Shown: piece after piece, positions 1 to 11,660 of the stretch
How the letters are laid out: each line of letters opens with the position of its first letter
How positions within the stretch are numbered: the first letter of the stretch is position 1
Sequence record: MZ681930.1
Reading direction: 5' to 3' (one strand)
DNA: 64,000 bases
Source of the DNA: Enterobacteria phage phiC600P9
The notes under the pieces: model-generated
Database searches by the model: none
What the model was told of the DNA's origin: nothing
What the model saw: the letters and a program-made list of their open reading frames with translations, nothing else
Position numbers and translations under genes: made by a program

Positions 1-162
1 GTTTGCGATACAACAAATAACACTCCGTCAGTAATTGATAGAAATGAGTTTGTTGCAACATTCTACATCCAACCGGCGCGCAGTATAAATTATATTACTT
101 TGAATTTCGTCGCAACTGCTACTGGTGCAGATTTCGATGAGTTAACTGGTCTTGCAGGTTAA
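1..162 (+). CDS. 18: Tail sheath protein gp18, C-terminal fragment (5' end lies outside the window)
   Basis: Frame 1 reads ...FVATATGADFDELTGLAG* with stop at 160-162, matching the T4 gp18 C-terminus as recalled; followed by a hairpin. Confidence 0.8.
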   Translation, partial: VCDTTNNTPSVIDRNEFVATFYIQPARSINYITLNFVATATGADFDELTGLAG

Positions 163-167
163 TTGAT

Positions 168-190
168 AAGGGGCTTCGGCCCCTGTTCTC
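168..190 (+). terminator. GC hairpin with UUCG loop (ggggc-ttcg-gcccc) downstream of gene 18
   Basis: Perfect 5-bp GC stem with tetraloop seen at 170-183; the T-tract is weak, so it may be an RNA stability or processing hairpin rather than a strong terminator. Confidence 0.5.
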
Positions 191-200
191 GAGGAATCAA

Positions 201-818
201 GTGATTATTTCTAAATTCATTAAAGTAAAAATTGTACCGTCAAATTTTAAACATTATCAGTCAAAGGGATATAAATTAACACCTCTTGGAGCGGTTAAAC
301 ACGGATTTAAGTATTATGAAATTGATGTTAAAGTTGAAGACATTAAAGGTAGTACCGCGTATGTAAAATGTCGTTGCGATAAATGTGGAATTGAATATAA
401 CCAACGCATTGGAAGAAACACTGATATTTGTTGTGATTGTCGTCATAAAGATAAAATGCATAATAATTCATATGGTTCAGCGAATAAAGGAAAAACCGTA
501 GAATGTATGCATGGCGTAAATCATCCAAGATGGAACCCAAATAAATCTGAAATGCGTGAATATATTTCATCGGTATATAGAGAAACTCGTAAGCATAGGA
601 AAATTTGGTCAAAATGGCCGAATGCTGATAAGATAGGAGTGTGTGGTACAGAAGGTGCTTACCAACTTGATCATAAGGTATCTATCAAATACGGTTTTGA
701 TAATTTAATTCCTGCTAAAATAATTGGCGGTATTAATAATTTAGAAATAATCACTTGGGAATCTAACCGAGAAAAGTCAAAAAGAAATAGTGTAGATCTT
801 TGGGATTTGCTAGAATGA
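201..818 (+). CDS. HNH-family (Mob-like) homing endonuclease, GTG start
   Basis: 205-aa ORF with Cys-rich stretch (CRCDKCG...CCDCRH) and an HNH-like core (YQLDHKVSIKYGF...NNLEIITWESNREKSKRN); GAGGA Shine-Dalgarno 5 nt upstream of GTG. Family assignment is from motif reading only. Confidence 0.6.
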   Translation: MIISKFIKVKIVPSNFKHYQSKGYKLTPLGAVKHGFKYYEIDVKVEDIKGSTAYVKCRCDKCGIEYNQRIGRNTDICCDCRHKDKMHNNSYGSANKGKTVECMHGVNHPRWNPNKSEMREYISSVYRETRKHRKIWSKWPNADKIGVCGTEGAYQLDHKVSIKYGFDNLIPAKIIGGINNLEIITWESNREKSKRNSVDLWDLLE

Positions 819-903
819 TTCTAAAGGCCTGTTTCGGCAGGCCATATAAATACACTATATCCTTAATTCTTTAATTCTATATGCCCTAGGTTAAACATAG
901 GGA

Positions 904-911
904 TATAAATA
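904..911 (+). promoter_or_regulatory. T4-type late promoter TATAAATA upstream of gene 19 (a second copy at 845-852)
   Basis: Exact TATAAATA about 15 nt upstream of the gene 19 ATG; the late promoter consensus is established T4 knowledge. Confidence 0.6.
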
Positions 912-925
912 CTACAGAGGCTAAT

Positions 926-1417
926 ATGTTTGTAGATGATGTAACACGAGCGTTTGAATCTGGTGATTTTGCTCGACCTAACTTATTCCAAGTAGAAATT
1001 TCTTATCTTGGACAAAATTTTACATTTCAATGTAAAGCCACTGCTTTACCAGCTGGTATTGTAGAAAAAATTCCAGTCGGATTTATGAACCGTAAAATTA
1101 ACGTAGCAGGCGATCGTACATTCGATGACTGGACTATTACAGTAATGAATGATGAGGCACATGATGCTCGCCAGAAGTTTGTTGATTGGCAAAGCATTGC
1201 TGCTGGGCAAGGGAACGAAATTACTGGTGGAAAACCAGCAGAGTATAAAAAGAGCGCTGTTGTTCGCCAATATGCTCGTGACGCTAAAACTGTAACAAAA
1301 GAAGTCGAAATTAAAGGCCTGTGGCCTACCAACGTGGGTGAACTTCAATTAGATTGGGATTCAAACAATGAAATCCAAACCTTTGAAGTAACTCTCGCTC
1401 TCGATTATTGGGAATAA
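926..1417 (+). CDS. 19: Tail tube protein gp19
   Basis: 163-aa ORF, same length as T4 gp19, immediately after gene 18 as in T4-like gene order. Confidence 0.9.
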   Translation: MFVDDVTRAFESGDFARPNLFQVEISYLGQNFTFQCKATALPAGIVEKIPVGFMNRKINVAGDRTFDDWTITVMNDEAHDARQKFVDWQSIAAGQGNEITGGKPAEYKKSAVVRQYARDAKTVTKEVEIKGLWPTNVGELQLDWDSNNEIQTFEVTLALDYWE

Positions 1418-1449
1418 AATGAATGGGGAGAAATCCCCATCCTGCTTAA

Positions 1450-3074
<1,625 letters not shown>

Positions 3075-3075
<1 letters not shown>

Positions 3076-3323
3076 TGGAAGGTTTAATTGAAGCTATTAA
3101 ATCAAACGACCTCGTAGCCGCTCGTAAATTATTTGCTGAAGCCATGGCTGCAAGAACGATTGATTTAATTAAAGAAGAAAAAATCGCTATCGCTCGTAAT
3201 TTCTTAATCGAAGGTGAAGAACCTGAAGACGAGGATGATGACGAAGACGAAGATAGTGATGATAAAGACGACAAAAAAGACAAAGACTCTGACGAAGATG
3301 ACGAAGACGAGGATGATGAATAA
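3075..3323 (+). CDS. 67: Prohead core protein gp67
   Basis: 82-aa ORF with a highly acidic C-terminal tract ([13 protein letters not shown]...); start overlaps the gene 20 stop (TAATG). Confidence 0.88.
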
Positions 3324-3748
3324 TGCTTCTGATCCCTGAAACTCATGAATTAGTTCTCGAGAATGTCGAAGCACTTATTCCTGAAGCACAGGGTCGCTTT
3401 GACGAATTGTCTTCTGCTTTAAATAAAGACGATATAAATACAATTGTCGAGAATATGCTTGATGATGAAACTGATTTAGCAGTTGCATTAGCTTCTATTA
3501 ATGAAAATATGCCGTTAAATGAATTCATTGTTAAGCACGTTTCAGCTCGTGGTGAAATTACACGTACTAAAGACCGCAAAACACGCGAACGTAATGCATT
3601 TCAAACCACTGGGCTGTCTAAAGCAAAACGTAGACAAATTGCTCGCAAAGCTACCAAAACGAAGATTGCCAATCCAGCAGGTCAATCTCGTGCTCAGCGT
3701 AAGCGTAAAAAAGCTCTTAAACGCCGTAAAGCATTAGGATTAAGCTAA
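3323..3748 (+). CDS. 68: Prohead core protein gp68
   Basis: 141-aa ORF with basic C-terminus, position between 67 and 21 as in T4. Confidence 0.85.
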
Positions 3749-4386
3749 TGAATGAACCCCAATTACTAATTGAAACTTGGGGTCAACCTGGCGAAATTAT
3801 TGATGGTGTGCCAATGCTTGAATCCCACGATGGAAAAGACTTAGGTTTAAAACCGGGTCTATACATCGAAGGAATATTCATGCAAGCAGAAGTCGTCAAT
3901 AGAAATAAACGTCTTTATCCAAAACGCATATTAGAAAAAGCGGTAAAAGACTATATTAATGAGCAAGTTTTAACTAAACAAGCTCTCGGAGAATTAAATC
4001 ATCCTCCACGCGCTAATGTTGACCCGATGCAAGCCGCTATCATTATAGAAGATATGTGGTGGAAAGGAAATGACGTATACGGACGAGCTCGTGTTATTGA
4101 AGGTGACCACGGTCCTGGAGATAAATTAGCAGCTAATATTCGTGCCGGATGGATTCCAGGAGTTTCTTCTCGTGGATTAGGTTCATTGACTGACACAAAT
4201 AAAGGTTATCGTATCGTAAACGAAGGATTCAAATTAACTGTAGGTGTTGATGCAGTATGGGGTCCAAGTGCTCCAGATGCATGGGTAACTCCTAAGGAAA
4301 TTACCGAATCACAGACGGCGGAAGCCGATACAAGTGCCGATGACGCCTATATGGCTCTCGCAGAGGCCATGAAAAAAGCGTTATAA
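3748..4386 (+). CDS. 21: Prohead core scaffold protein and protease gp21
   Basis: 212-aa ORF, same length and position as T4 gp21. Confidence 0.9.
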   Translation: MNEPQLLIETWGQPGEIIDGVPMLESHDGKDLGLKPGLYIEGIFMQAEVVNRNKRLYPKRILEKAVKDYINEQVLTKQALGELNHPPRANVDPMQAAIIIEDMWWKGNDVYGRARVIEGDHGPGDKLAANIRAGWIPGVSSRGLGSLTDTNKGYRIVNEGFKLTVGVDAVWGPSAPDAWVTPKEITESQTAEADTSADDAYMALAEAMKKAL

Positions 4387-4389
4387 ATA
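4382..4389 (+). promoter_or_regulatory. Late promoter TATAAATA upstream of gene 22
   Basis: Exact TATAAATA overlapping the gene 21 stop region, about 28 nt upstream of the gene 22 ATG. Confidence 0.55.
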
Positions 4390-4416
4390 TTATTATCTAA
4401 ACAACAGGACTACAAA

Positions 4417-5226
4417 ATGCTTAAAGAACAACTGATTGCTGAAGCGCAAAAAATTGATGCTTCCGTTGCTCTTGATAGTATTTTCGAATCAGTTAATATT
4501 TCTCCGGAAGCAAAAGAAACTTTCGGCACTGTATTCGAAGCTACCGTCAAGCAGCACGCCGTTAAATTAGCTGAATCTCATATCGCTAAAATTGCTGAAA
4601 AAGCAGAAGAAGAAGTAGAAAAAAATAAAGAAGAAGCCGAAGAAAAAGCTGAGAAGAAAATCGCTGAGCAAGCTTCTAAATTCATCGACCATCTTGCGAA
4701 AGAATGGCTCGCCGAAAATAAATTAGCAGTTGATAAAGGCATCAAAGCCGAACTGTTTGAATCCATGCTTGGTGGATTAAAAGAGCTCTTTGTTGAACAC
4801 AACGTTGTTGTTCCAGAAGAATCAGTTGATGTTGTGGCTGAAATGGAAGAAGAGCTGCAAGAACATAAAGAAGAATCAGCTCGTCTGTTCGAAGAACTCA
4901 ATATGCGCGACGCATATATCAATTATGTGCAGCGTGAAGTGGCATTGAGCGAAAGTACTAAAGATCTGACTGAGTCTCAAAAAGAAAAAGTCTCTGCTCT
5001 GGTCGAAGGTATGGATTATTCAGATGCATTCTCAAGTAAATTGAGCGCAATCGTAGAAATGGTGAAGAAATCTAATAAAGATGAAAGCACTATTACTGAG
5101 GGTATAAATACTCCTGATACTGAAGCAGCCGGACTGAATTTCGTCACTGAAGCTGTAGAAGATAAAGCTGCACAGGGTGCAGAAGATATTGTAAGTGTAT
5201 ATGCGAAAGTCGCATCTCGTTTCTAA
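4417..5226 (+). CDS. 22: Prohead core scaffolding protein gp22
   Basis: 269-aa ORF, acidic and coiled-coil rich (EEEVEKNKEEAEEKAEKK), same length as T4 gp22. Confidence 0.9.
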   Translation: MLKEQLIAEAQKIDASVALDSIFESVNISPEAKETFGTVFEATVKQHAVKLAESHIAKIAEKAEEEVEKNKEEAEEKAEKKIAEQASKFIDHLAKEWLAENKLAVDKGIKAELFESMLGGLKELFVEHNVVVPEESVDVVAEMEEELQEHKEESARLFEELNMRDAYINYVQREVALSESTKDLTESQKEKVSALVEGMDYSDAFSSKLSAIVEMVKKSNKDESTITEGINTPDTEAAGLNFVTEAVEDKAAQGAEDIVSVYAKVASRF

Positions 5227-5244
5227 TTTTAAAGGTTAACACAA

Positions 5245-6810
5245 ATGACTATCAAAACTAAAGCTGAACTTTTGAACAAATGGAAGCCATTACTGGAAGG
5301 TGAAGGTTTACCGGAAATTGCTAATAGCAAACAAGCGATTATCGCTAAAATCTTTGAAAACCAGGAAAAAGATTTCCAGACAGCTCCGGAATATAAAGAC
5401 GAAAAAATTGCTCAGGCATTCGGTTCTTTCTTAACAGAAGCTGAAATCGGTGGTGACCACGGTTACAATGCTACCAACATCGCTGCAGGTCAGACTTCTG
5501 GCGCAGTAACTCAGATTGGCCCAGCTGTTATGGGTATGGTACGTCGTGCTATTCCTAACCTGATTGCTTTCGATATTTGTGGTGTTCAGCCGATGAACAG
5601 CCCGACCGGTCAGGTATTCGCACTGCGCGCAGTATATGGTAAAGACCCAATTGCTTCCGGTGCTAAAGAAGCATTCCACCCAATGTATGGTCCAGATGCA
5701 ATGTTCTCTGGTCAGGGTGCTGCTAAGAAATTCACAGCTCTGGCTGCTAGCACACAAACCGTTGTAGGTGATATCTATACTCACTTCTTCCAGGAAACTG
5801 GTACTGTGTATCTGCAAGCTTCCGCTGTAGTAACAATTAGTTCAAGCGCAACTGATGCAGATAAATTAGATGCTGAAATTAAGAAACAAATGGAAGCTGG
5901 TGCACTGGTAGAAATCGCTGAAGGTATGGCTACTTCTATCGCTGAACTCCAGGAAGGTTTCAACGGTTCTACCGATAACCCATGGAATGAAATGGGCTTC
6001 CGTATCGATAAACAAGTTATCGAAGCTAAATCTCGCCAGCTGAAAGCTGCTTACTCTATTGAATTAGCACAAGACCTCCGCGCTGTTCACGGTATGGATG
6101 CTGATGCTGAACTGTCTGGTATTCTGGCTACAGAAATCATGCTGGAAATCAACCGTGAAGTTGTTGATTGGATTAACTACTCAGCTCAGGTTGGTAAATC
6201 TGGTATGACCCTGACTCCAGGTTCTAAAGCTGGTGTATTTGACTTCCAGGATCCGATTGATATTCGTGGTGCTCGCTGGGCGGGTGAATCCTTTAAAGCT
6301 CTGTTGTTCCAGATTGACAAAGAAGCAGTTGAAATTGCTCGTCAGACTGGTCGTGGTGAAGGTAACTTCATTATCGCTTCCCGTAACGTAGTTAACGTTC
6401 TGGCTTCAGTTGATACCGGCATTTCTTATGCTGCACAAGGTCTGGCTACCGGCTTTAACACTGATACTACCAAGTCAGTATTTGCTGGCGTTCTGGGTGG
6501 TAAATACCGTGTATATATCGACCAGTATGCTAAACAGGATTATTTCACTGTAGGTTATAAAGGTCCGAACGAAATGGATGCTGGTATTTACTACGCTCCA
6601 TATGTAGCTCTGACTCCGCTGCGTGGTTCCGATCCGAAGAACTTCCAACCAGTAATGGGATTCAAAACTCGTTACGGTATCGGTATCAACCCATTTGCAG
6701 AATCCGCTGCTCAGGCTCCGGCTTCTCGCATCCAGAGCGGTATGCCTTCTATTCTGAATAGCCTTGGTAAAAACGCTTACTTCCGCCGTGTATATGTTAA
6801 AGGTATCTAA
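5245..6810 (+). CDS. 23: Major capsid protein gp23
   Basis: 521-aa ORF beginning MTIKTKAELLNKWKPLLEGEGLPEIANSKQAIIAKIFENQ, recognised as the T4 gp23 sequence. Confidence 0.97.
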   Translation: MTIKTKAELLNKWKPLLEGEGLPEIANSKQAIIAKIFENQEKDFQTAPEYKDEKIAQAFGSFLTEAEIGGDHGYNATNIAAGQTSGAVTQIGPAVMGMVRRAIPNLIAFDICGVQPMNSPTGQVFALRAVYGKDPIASGAKEAFHPMYGPDAMFSGQGAAKKFTALAASTQTVVGDIYTHFFQETGTVYLQASAVVTISSSATDADKLDAEIKKQMEAGALVEIAEGMATSIAELQEGFNGSTDNPWNEMGFRIDKQVIEAKSRQLKAAYSIELAQDLRAVHGMDADAELSGILATEIMLEINREVVDWINYSAQVGKSGMTLTPGSKAGVFDFQDPIDIRGARWAGESFKALLFQIDKEAVEIARQTGRGEGNFIIASRNVVNVLASVDTGISYAAQGLATGFNTDTTKSVFAGVLGGKYRVYIDQYAKQDYFTVGYKGPNEMDAGIYYAPYVALTPLRGSDPKNFQPVMGFKTRYGIGINPFAESAAQAPASRIQSGMPSILNSLGKNAYFRRVYVKGI

Positions 6811-6823
6811 TCTTTGACGATTT

Positions 6824-6855
6824 AAGGGACCTTCGGGTCCCTTTAGTTGTTTTTA
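6824..6855 (+). terminator. Rho-independent terminator after gene 23
   Basis: Hairpin agggacc-ttcg-ggtccct followed by a T-rich tract (ttagttgttttt). Confidence 0.75.
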
Positions 6856-6858
6856 TGG

Positions 6859-6866
6859 TATAAATA
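6859..6866 (+). promoter_or_regulatory. Late promoter TATAAATA upstream of gene 24
   Basis: Exact TATAAATA between the gene 23 terminator and the gene 24 ATG. Confidence 0.6.
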
Positions 6867-6893
6867 AATCATATAAACCAAAAGGAAAGCGCA

Positions 6894-8177
6894 ATGGCTA
6901 AAATCAACGAACTTCTGCGCGAATCAACCACAACGAATAGCAACTCAATCGGTCGCCCAAATCTCGTTGCTTTGACTCGCGCTACCACTAAATTAATATA
7001 TTCTGACATTGTAGCAACGCAAAGAACTAATCAACCTGTTGCTGCTTTTTATGGTATCAAATACCTTAACCCAGATAACGAATTTACATTTAAAACTGGT
7101 GCTACTTACGCTGGCGAAGCTGGGTACGTAGACCGAGAACAAATCACAGAATTAACAGAAGAGTCTAAATTAACTCTCAATAAAGGCGATTTATTCAAAT
7201 ATAATAATATCGTTTATAAAGTATTAGAAGATACACCATTTGCTGATATTGAAGAAAGCGATTTAGAATTAGCTCTTCAGATTGCAATTGTTCTTTTAAA
7301 GGTTCGTCTATTTTCTGATGCTGCAGTAACAAGCAAATTTGAAAGCTCTGATAGCGAAATTGCGGATGCTAGATTCCAGATTAATAAATGGCAAACCGCA
7401 GTTAAATCTCGTAAACTTAAAACTGGCATCACAGTTGAATTAGCGCAAGATTTAGAAGCAAATGGATTCGATGCTCCTAATTTCTTGGAAGATTTGCTTG
7501 CAACTGAAATGGCAGATGAAATCAATAAAGATATTCTGCAATCTTTGATTACAGTATCAAAACGCTATAAAGTTACAGGAATTACTGATACTGGATTCAT
7601 TGATTTGAGTTATGCATCTGCACCTGAAGCTGGTCGTTCATTATACCGAATGGTATGTGAAATGGTTTCGCATATCCAAAAAGAATCAACTTATACTGCA
7701 ACGTTCTGTGTTGCTTCAGCTCGTGCCGCTGCGATTCTTGCTGCATCAGGTTGGTTAAAACATAAACCAGAAGATGATAAATATCTTTCACAAAATGCCT
7801 ACGGGTTCTTAGCTAATGGTTTACCGCTTTATTGCGATACTAACAGCCCATTAGATTATGTAATCGTTGGTGTAGTAGAAAATATTGGCGAAAAAGAAAT
7901 TGTTGGATCAATTTTCTATGCTCCGTATACAGAAGGTCTTGACTTAGATGACCCTGAACATGTAGGTGCATTTAAAGTTGTAGTTGATCCAGAAAGCTTA
8001 CAACCATCTATCGGTTTATTGGTTAGATATGCTTTATCTGCAAATCCTTACACCGTAGCAAAAGATGAAAAAGAAGCAAGAATAATTGATGGTGGAGACA
8101 TGGATAAAATGGCGGGTCGTTCAGATTTGTCTGTTTTATTAGGTGTTAAATTACCAAAAATTATCGTTGATGAATAA
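6894..8177 (+). CDS. 24: Capsid vertex protein gp24
   Basis: 427-aa ORF, same length as T4 gp24, a gp23 paralogue by position and size. Confidence 0.93.
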   Translation: MAKINELLRESTTTNSNSIGRPNLVALTRATTKLIYSDIVATQRTNQPVAAFYGIKYLNPDNEFTFKTGATYAGEAGYVDREQITELTEESKLTLNKGDLFKYNNIVYKVLEDTPFADIEESDLELALQIAIVLLKVRLFSDAAVTSKFESSDSEIADARFQINKWQTAVKSRKLKTGITVELAQDLEANGFDAPNFLEDLLATEMADEINKDILQSLITVSKRYKVTGITDTGFIDLSYASAPEAGRSLYRMVCEMVSHIQKESTYTATFCVASARAAAILAASGWLKHKPEDDKYLSQNAYGFLANGLPLYCDTNSPLDYVIVGVVENIGEKEIVGSIFYAPYTEGLDLDDPEHVGAFKVVVDPESLQPSIGLLVRYALSANPYTVAKDEKEARIIDGGDMDKMAGRSDLSVLLGVKLPKIIVDE

Positions 8178-8180
8178 AAC

Positions 8181-8207
8181 AAAGGGACCGAAAGGTCCCT
8201 TTTTTAT
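8181..8207. terminator. Bidirectional terminator between gene 24 (+) and rnlB (-)
   Basis: Hairpin gggacc-gaaa-ggtccc flanked by A-run and T-run, between convergent genes. Confidence 0.7.
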
Positions 8208-9212
8208 TTAACTTACCAATTCAATCCAAGCCGGACGAAGTACATCTTGTACCATTTTAACTAATTCCTTTTTAATCAAAGAAGGATTATCCGCTTGAGT
8301 TAAAGTAATACCTTCACGAGAAGTTTCTTCCAAAATATCTTGAACAGTTAGTCCCATCACCTTTCCAAAATCCTTTGGACCAATTTCGCCAATTTTAGAA
8401 ATAACGTTATTTACTCGGTTCAGTGTAACGTAGCAAGCTAAAATTCCCAGCAATTTATTATCAGCTTCTGACAGCTCAACTTTAGCTTTAATAGGCTTAT
8501 CAGACTTTTTCTTTTCGCTAAATTTAGAGTTCTTGCATTTAATAGCTACACGATTGCCATTAGGCATCCAAGAAGGATAACAAGGTTTCAATACATAACC
8601 TTCAGCGGTAAATACTTCGCCTTTTGCTTCGGCATTCCAAACGCATTTATTTGCATCAACTAATCCAGCATGGTCTACTGTAAAATTATAATCCTGGACG
8701 ACAGAATCTAAATCGTTTGGCAATTTAATAAGCTCTTCAAATTTACCGCGACCTAAAAGTGGAGCCATTTTAAATTTAAATGTATTACAGAATGATTCCA
8801 TCATATAATCATCGACATAAGTCACATCACCACTTTCGGTAGTAACAATAATGTCAAATACATAAAAATCTTTATCGCCATAATCGACATTCTTCTGAAT
8901 GCCAGGTCCAGCGAATTCGCCAAAGACTTGATAAGATACAACCGCTGAGGTTTCCATAATATCTTGTACTGCTTTAATGGAATCAGCGTAATTCTTTAGA
9001 ATAATTTCATACCCAAAGAAATCTTCAGCAGGAAGAATAGGACCAGTACGTTTAGCGCAAGTTACTTTATCGCGCTCAATAATCAATGAGAAATTTGTGC
9101 CGTGAATCTTTTCACGAGCTACCCACTCCCCACCAGTCAATCCCAAGCTATAAAGTTTTTCAATAAATTTAGAGTTGTAATGATTTTCAAGACTGCTATA
9201 CTTTTTAAACAT
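8208..9212 (-). CDS. rnlB: RNA ligase 2 (Rnl2)
   Basis: 334-aa ORF with nucleotidyltransferase lysine motif (EKIHGTN), matching T4 Rnl2 in length and sequence as recalled. Confidence 0.92.
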   Translation of the reverse strand: MFKKYSSLENHYNSKFIEKLYSLGLTGGEWVAREKIHGTNFSLIIERDKVTCAKRTGPILPAEDFFGYEIILKNYADSIKAVQDIMETSAVVSYQVFGEFAGPGIQKNVDYGDKDFYVFDIIVTTESGDVTYVDDYMMESFCNTFKFKMAPLLGRGKFEELIKLPNDLDSVVQDYNFTVDHAGLVDANKCVWNAEAKGEVFTAEGYVLKPCYPSWMPNGNRVAIKCKNSKFSEKKKSDKPIKAKVELSEADNKLLGILACYVTLNRVNNVISKIGEIGPKDFGKVMGLTVQDILEETSREGITLTQADNPSLIKKELVKMVQDVLRPAWIELVS

Positions 9213-9221
9213 AATTAATCC

Positions 9222-9500
9222 TCAAAATGTAATTTCTAACCAATCACCATCACGCTGATCACTATTGACTTTAAAGCTGAATCCTTCTTTTCTCAGCCAA
9301 TCACCAATTTCTTCAGTAATCAATTTATCACGAGCAATACAATAATAATTAAAATGTGTTTTACCTTGTTCAGCTGCTTTATTAGCAAGTTCCGAAAAAT
9401 CTTTAATAAAACACTCTAGTTTAAACTGTTTACTTTTAAGTGCTTTTTCGCGTAATTGACTAGCAAAAGATTCATTTTCATAAAGATCATACTGTTCCAT
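9222..9500 (-). CDS. Hypothetical protein (T4 24.2-like)
   Basis: 92-aa ORF at the position of T4 24.2; function unknown. Confidence 0.6.
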   Translation of the reverse strand: MEQYDLYENESFASQLREKALKSKQFKLECFIKDFSELANKAAEQGKTHFNYYCIARDKLITEEIGDWLRKEGFSFKVNSDQRDGDWLEITF

Positions 9501-9702
9501 TTTTCACCTTCTTATTAATATGTCTTTTTCTATAGACAACTTTTTCTCGAGTCTCAAATTTATTCTTAGCAGTCATAGCTCGAGCCCATAATACAGCCAC
9601 TTCTTTCGCCTGTAAGTTCAATTCACGAGCAATTTCAATGAATGACTTTCCAGACTCATGGAGTGTAAACACCACAACCTCAGTTCTCATAATCAATCTC
9701 AT
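9487..9702 (-). CDS. Hypothetical protein (T4 24.3-like), possible helix-turn-helix
   Basis: 71-aa ORF; the segment HESGKSFIEIARELNL resembles an HTH. Start may be the second Met. Confidence 0.55.
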   Translation of the reverse strand: MRLIMRTEVVVFTLHESGKSFIEIARELNLQAKEVAVLWARAMTAKNKFETREKVVYRKRHINKKVKNGTV

Positions 9703-9790
9703 GTTATCGAGTTGGTGCCATTATATACATCGTTTTCCGATTGTGTTTTGTGTGCTTTCAAAATGAAGAAAGGGGCCGAAGCCCCTGAGA

Positions 9791-10921
9791 TTATGGATAG
9801 GTATAGATGATACCAGTTTCTAAAGCAGTTTTATGAATGATGTATCCATTACGTGATTCTTGAACATCAACTTCTGGATAGTCTTTCATCATCTTCTGAA
9901 GAGTGTAACGATGCAAGTAGTATTTACTATCTGGATCTTCAGTTTTCCAATCTTTACCTTCTTCAGTCATTTTTTGGATTTCATCCATAACCCACCAACC
10001 GCACCAGATATAAGCTGAAGTACGATGTGGAAGAGGATGAACATAAGGTAATTCACCTTCTGGTTCCGGAGCAACTTTATCAGTTACCTGAACTTGACCT
10101 TCTGCTGTGATAGTTTTGCTATCATAGTCAGTTGCTGTAACGACAGCAGTAACTTCAATAGTTTGACTTCCAATAGATGATGTATCAACGGTGTATACAT
10201 TAGTTGACCCTTCTACAGGAGAAGAATCTTTCTTCCATGAATACGTAATTTGCGCTTCTTCCGGGGCATCAGTGACATTAGCAGTAAATGTAGCCGAAGC
10301 ATCTTGCTGAACATTAATAGAAGGAGGAGTCAATGTAACTTGTGGATTCATTGTCTTCTTATTAACAGTCAGTGATACTTCATTAGAAGTAACTTCCTTT
10401 GCATCATAATCTGTCGCTGTTACTTGGGCTACGCATTTAATTCTTTTTACTCCACTTGTAGTTGGAGTATAGCTAAATGTAGCGGAAGTTGCTTCACTAA
10501 CAGGAGAATCATCTACATGCCACTGATACGTAGCAGATGCGCCTGGTGGTTGAGAAGCTAAAGCAGCAGTAAATTCAACAGGAGTTCCAATCACTCCAGC
10601 AGCAGGACTATCAGGAGTTACAGCTAAGGTAGTTGTCTGTGTCTTATTTTGAACTGTGATAGTTGTACTAATTTCAGCTGTTTCGGGACTACTATCGGCA
10701 ACTTGATTGGTTGCAACTACTTTAATAGTCTTTTGACCAGCAGGTCCTTTTAGTACATAACTAAAAGTTGCTTCAGCTCCATCTTGTGGAACATCATCTA
10801 CAGTCCAAACATATGTAATAGGTCCATCTCCAGTTTGACCACTGGGTGTAGCAGTAAACTGCTGAGTCTGATCTATAACTCCAGTAGGTGTTTTAGGAGT
10901 TATATCAACTGTAAAAGTCAT
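9791..10921 (-). CDS. hoc: Highly immunogenic outer capsid protein Hoc (Ig-like domains)
   Basis: 376-aa ORF, same length and position as T4 Hoc; repeated beta-rich segments rich in T, S and V. Confidence 0.88.
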   Translation of the reverse strand: MTFTVDITPKTPTGVIDQTQQFTATPSGQTGDGPITYVWTVDDVPQDGAEATFSYVLKGPAGQKTIKVVATNQVADSSPETAEISTTITVQNKTQTTTLAVTPDSPAAGVIGTPVEFTAALASQPPGASATYQWHVDDSPVSEATSATFSYTPTTSGVKRIKCVAQVTATDYDAKEVTSNEVSLTVNKKTMNPQVTLTPPSINVQQDASATFTANVTDAPEEAQITYSWKKDSSPVEGSTNVYTVDTSSIGSQTIEVTAVVTATDYDSKTITAEGQVQVTDKVAPEPEGELPYVHPLPHRTSAYIWCGWWVMDEIQKMTEEGKDWKTEDPDSKYYLHRYTLQKMMKDYPEVDVQESRNGYIIHKTALETGIIYTYP

Positions 10922-10930
10922 AAGTTATCC

Positions 10931-11611
10931 TTATTTTAATGTTACGAAAGAAGAATTGCGTGTTTCACGAATTAGAACTGATCCGTCACGATTAATGTAG
11001 TAAATTAAGCTAAATAAAGTTTGGTGTGCTGACGCATGCTCAAAACTGGTTGGGTGAGATTTCCAATCCGGAGTTTCAGCAATCCACTGGTAAATCCACC
11101 AAGGAACAGTGCAGAATCCTGGATTTTTTCCAATCAGCTGAAGATTCGGACTAAAGTTTTCCGGAAGAGTAAATACAGACGGCTTTTCAGATTCAATAAT
11201 CTCAGCTATAGCCTGTTCGAATTTTTCTTCAACAAAAGGAGTATCTTCAATCAAAACATCGGTATTTTCGGGAATTTTATCCGTTTCTACTACTTCAATT
11301 TTAATATCAGATTTAACCGGAGAATCAATTAGAAGTGCTGCTTCTGGATTGACTTCTTCATCGTCATATTTTAACCCCTCTGCGGCATCAGCAGCATTGA
11401 TTAAGTCTTTAATAGATAACCCATCAGTCTCTGGCATAGGTTCACTAGCGAGCTTCTGGAGGGCTTCTTCAATATCAACAACGATATTATCAAAAGATTT
11501 ATTCTTTTTGACCTTTATACCAAACTGTTCAGCATATTCAGCTAATTTAGCCTTAGCTTCTTTATTATCATCAAGAGCCTTCAGCTCTGCAATATAATCT
11601 TTATCTATCAT
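10931..11611 (-). CDS. inh: Inh, inhibitor of prohead protease gp21
   Basis: 226-aa ORF downstream of hoc, same length and position as T4 inh. Confidence 0.8.
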   Translation of the reverse strand: MIDKDYIAELKALDDNKEAKAKLAEYAEQFGIKVKKNKSFDNIVVDIEEALQKLASEPMPETDGLSIKDLINAADAAEGLKYDDEEVNPEAALLIDSPVKSDIKIEVVETDKIPENTDVLIEDTPFVEEKFEQAIAEIIESEKPSVFTLPENFSPNLQLIGKNPGFCTVPWWIYQWIAETPDWKSHPTSFEHASAHQTLFSLIYYINRDGSVLIRETRNSSFVTLK

Positions 11612-11660
11612 AATATTTCCTCAGTATAAATATAGATATATTTATTACTCGGAAAATAGT

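Noticed and set aside
276-612. Two minus-strand ORFs (61 and 89 aa) inside the HNH endonuclease ORF
   Set aside because: Antisense to a motif-bearing ORF, low-complexity hydrophobic translations, no ribosome-binding sites.
1027-1348. Minus-strand ORFs of about 100 aa inside gene 19
   Set aside because: Antisense to a conserved structural gene; shadow ORFs.
4578-4922. 114-aa Ser-rich minus-strand ORF inside gene 22
   Set aside because: Antisense of the Glu/Lys-rich scaffold gene; artefact.
11036-11597. Plus-strand ORFs (98 and 82 aa) inside inh
   Set aside because: Antisense to inh, no SD, low-complexity translations.
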